Positions 38,483 to 39,727 of a DNA stretch of 39,727 nt are shown here, piece by piece. Position 1 is the first letter of the stretch. Every line of letters begins with the position of its first letter. The stretch is from Patescibacteria group bacterium (GTDB lineage: Bacteria; Patescibacteriota; Microgenomatia; Levybacterales; UBA12049): the NCBI GenBank assembly GCA_023487605.1, contig JAMDEE010000021.1:1-39727 (forward strand). Reading direction: 5' to 3'. The notes below the pieces were generated by a model. It saw only the letters and a program-made list of their open reading frames with translations. It searched no databases and was not told the origin of the DNA. Made by a program: the position numbers and the translations under genes.

Positions 38483-38710
38483 ATGGACAAAGAATGGATA
38501 AAAAACAACGGCGAGATGATTAAGAAAGCATATTCCATTGCCGTTAAGAATAAATATAATGTTGGACTAGTTGTTGATGTTCTGAAAATTTTGAAGGAAA
38601 TTGATCCTAAGAACGCGGATTACAAATTTGCAGTTAAACTATCTAATATCTTAAAGTTGTTTGATAAAACGGCTAAAGTGAAGGCATTAAGAAGACTTAA
38701 AGCAAACTAA
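38483..38710 (+). CDS. Hypothetical 75-aa helical, lysine-rich protein
   Basis: Strong SD (AAAGGAGGTGA) and a position 23 nt downstream of the PLD gene. No domain was recognised. Confidence 0.45.
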   Translation: MDKEWIKNNGEMIKKAYSIAVKNKYNVGLVVDVLKILKEIDPKNADYKFAVKLSNILKLFDKTAKVKALRRLKAN

Positions 38711-38904
38711 ATCTTGATGCTTATTTTAAGTACCTTTCCGATTCTTCCCAAAATATCCGAATTTGCGTTTACCTCAGCTCTTTCAATCATTGCGTAATAT
38801 GTAGTCGTAATCTCTGCTTTTTCAGCGACTTCTGCTTGGGTAAGCTTACTTTTCTCCCGTGCTTCTCTTACCTGTTTTGCGATTCTTTGTCTTGTCGTAA
38901 TCAT
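38707..38904 (-). CDS. XRE-family helix-turn-helix transcriptional regulator
   Basis: HTH LTQAEVAEKAEITTTYYAMIERAE. ATG 38904 (MITTRQRIAK) is preferred over the track GTG 38934. It is convergent with the 75-aa ORF and overlaps it by 4 nt. Confidence 0.7.
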   Translation of the reverse strand: MITTRQRIAKQVREAREKSKLTQAEVAEKAEITTTYYAMIERAEVNANSDILGRIGKVLKISIKI

Positions 38905-38936
38905 AATTATATTTATAGTATTATAGCACTTCACAC

Positions 38937-38969
38937 AAAAAAATAGGGGGCAGACATTCTACCCCTATT
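38937..38969 (-). terminator. Intrinsic terminator after the chrA-like gene
   Basis: The minus strand reads AATAGGGG-12 nt loop-CCCCTATT followed by TTTTT. Confidence 0.55.
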
Positions 38970-39125
38970 CCAGAACTAAATTTTAGCTTCATTTCTTACT
39001 AAAAACACACTGCATAAAAGTATTATTCAATGGATTAAATGTTAGCATTGGTATTTTCGTTTAATGATCGATAATCTCAACGAAATGAATGATGACAGAA
39101 ACTAGTTTAACGATGGGAATTTTGC

Positions 39126-39686
39126 TTAAAATAAGAATAGAGAGATAATTGCCGTTCCTAAAATTGTCCAAATAACATCCTTTTTAAATCTGACGATAAC
39201 TATGAGAGCTGCTAAAAAGATTAGCCATGTCTGCCAGTTAATAAGCGATTTTTCGCCAAACTGAAGTGCAACCGCAGCGATAATCCCTATAAATCCTGCC
39301 TGAAAACCTTTTACCACAACTTTGACTGCCTTAAGGTGTTTAATTTTTTCGTGGAATTGTCCCAAAAAAATAATAAATAAAAGTGAGGGAAGAAAAATCG
39401 CAACTGTTGCAAAAAATGCGCCAATCCATCCGTAAACTTTATACCCTATAAATGCCGCAGTTATAAAAACCGGACCTGGGGTAATCTGCCCTATCGCAAT
39501 TCCGTCCCTAAACTGGGGCAGGGTTAACCAATGAAACCCGTTAACGACAATGCTATTTATAAGAGGTATCGAACCGAAACCCCCTCCGAATGCAAATAGG
39601 CCAATCTGAAAAAAAGTCGAGGAAAGGGTCCAGACAATAGAATGGTTAAACCATAAAATCAGACTTATGATAACAAGCGTTATCAA
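39126..39686 (-). CDS. chrA: Chromate transporter (CHR) family protein; start uncertain
   Basis: Motifs [15 protein letters not shown] and ITPGPV in a polytopic protein. The track start is TTG and the frame stays open to the right window edge, so the gene may extend off-window. Confidence 0.78.
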   Translation of the reverse strand: MITLVIISLILWFNHSIVWTLSSTFFQIGLFAFGGGFGSIPLINSIVVNGFHWLTLPQFRDGIAIGQITPGPVFITAAFIGYKVYGWIGAFFATVAIFLPSLLFIIFLGQFHEKIKHLKAVKVVVKGFQAGFIGIIAAVALQFGEKSLINWQTWLIFLAALIVIVRFKKDVIWTILGTAIISLFLF

Positions 39687-39727
39687 AAGGAAAACAAGTT
39701 TTATATCTATTGCATAATTTTGCGGAA

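Noticed and set aside
39687-39727. A possible second gene (the other CHR half) at the right edge.
   Set aside because: Only 41 nt remain, and they are in frame with the chrA-like ORF. They cannot be distinguished from a simple N-terminal extension, so this is noted only as start uncertainty.

Overview
This is an AT-rich, very compact bacterial window with almost no intergenic space and many 4-8 nt stop/start overlaps. About 1-34.5 kb is housekeeping. It holds the F1Fo ATP synthase operon (atpB-E-F-H-A-G-D on the minus strand, atpD running off the left edge) and dnaE. Next come a small GGDEF protein translationally coupled to gatCAB, then murT/gatD, htpX-lemA, polX, tRNA-Asp, a LysM protein, tRNA-Gly, pyrG, rplS and yraN. 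These are followed by a divergent uvrB/lexA pair, dedA, rsmI, an eno-ppsA-pgi/pmi-pmm cluster, a short holA-like gene, a small HExxH protein, a DUF458-like protein and a secreted GH5-like hydrolase. The gene set and shortened proteins (116-aa ATP synthase delta, 230-aa HolA-like) resemble CPR/Patescibacteria-type genomes; this is inference only. About 34.6-38.9 kb is an accessory patch: a GC-richer orphan gene, a three-gene cassette, a DUF2958 gene, an orphan 142-aa gene, a decayed GIY-YIG gene, a single-HKD PLD-family nuclease with a small partner ORF, and an XRE regulator. A chromate-transporter-family gene sits at the right edge. The most unusual structure is a pair of hand-aligned 130-bp direct repeats (129/130 identical; 35609-35738 and 36646-36775). 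They bracket a 907-bp self-contained, apparently leaderless operon of three tightly overlapping small genes: DUF3467-like, unknown, and RelE/ParE-like. The cassette sits at the 5' end of the DUF2958 gene and has no recombinase in sight. A second window-wide signal is that at least a dozen operon-first genes have a sigma70-type -10 box only 5-9 nt upstream of the start codon and no Shine-Dalgarno, which suggests pervasive leaderless transcription. No CRISPR array, rRNA gene, transposase or integrase was seen.
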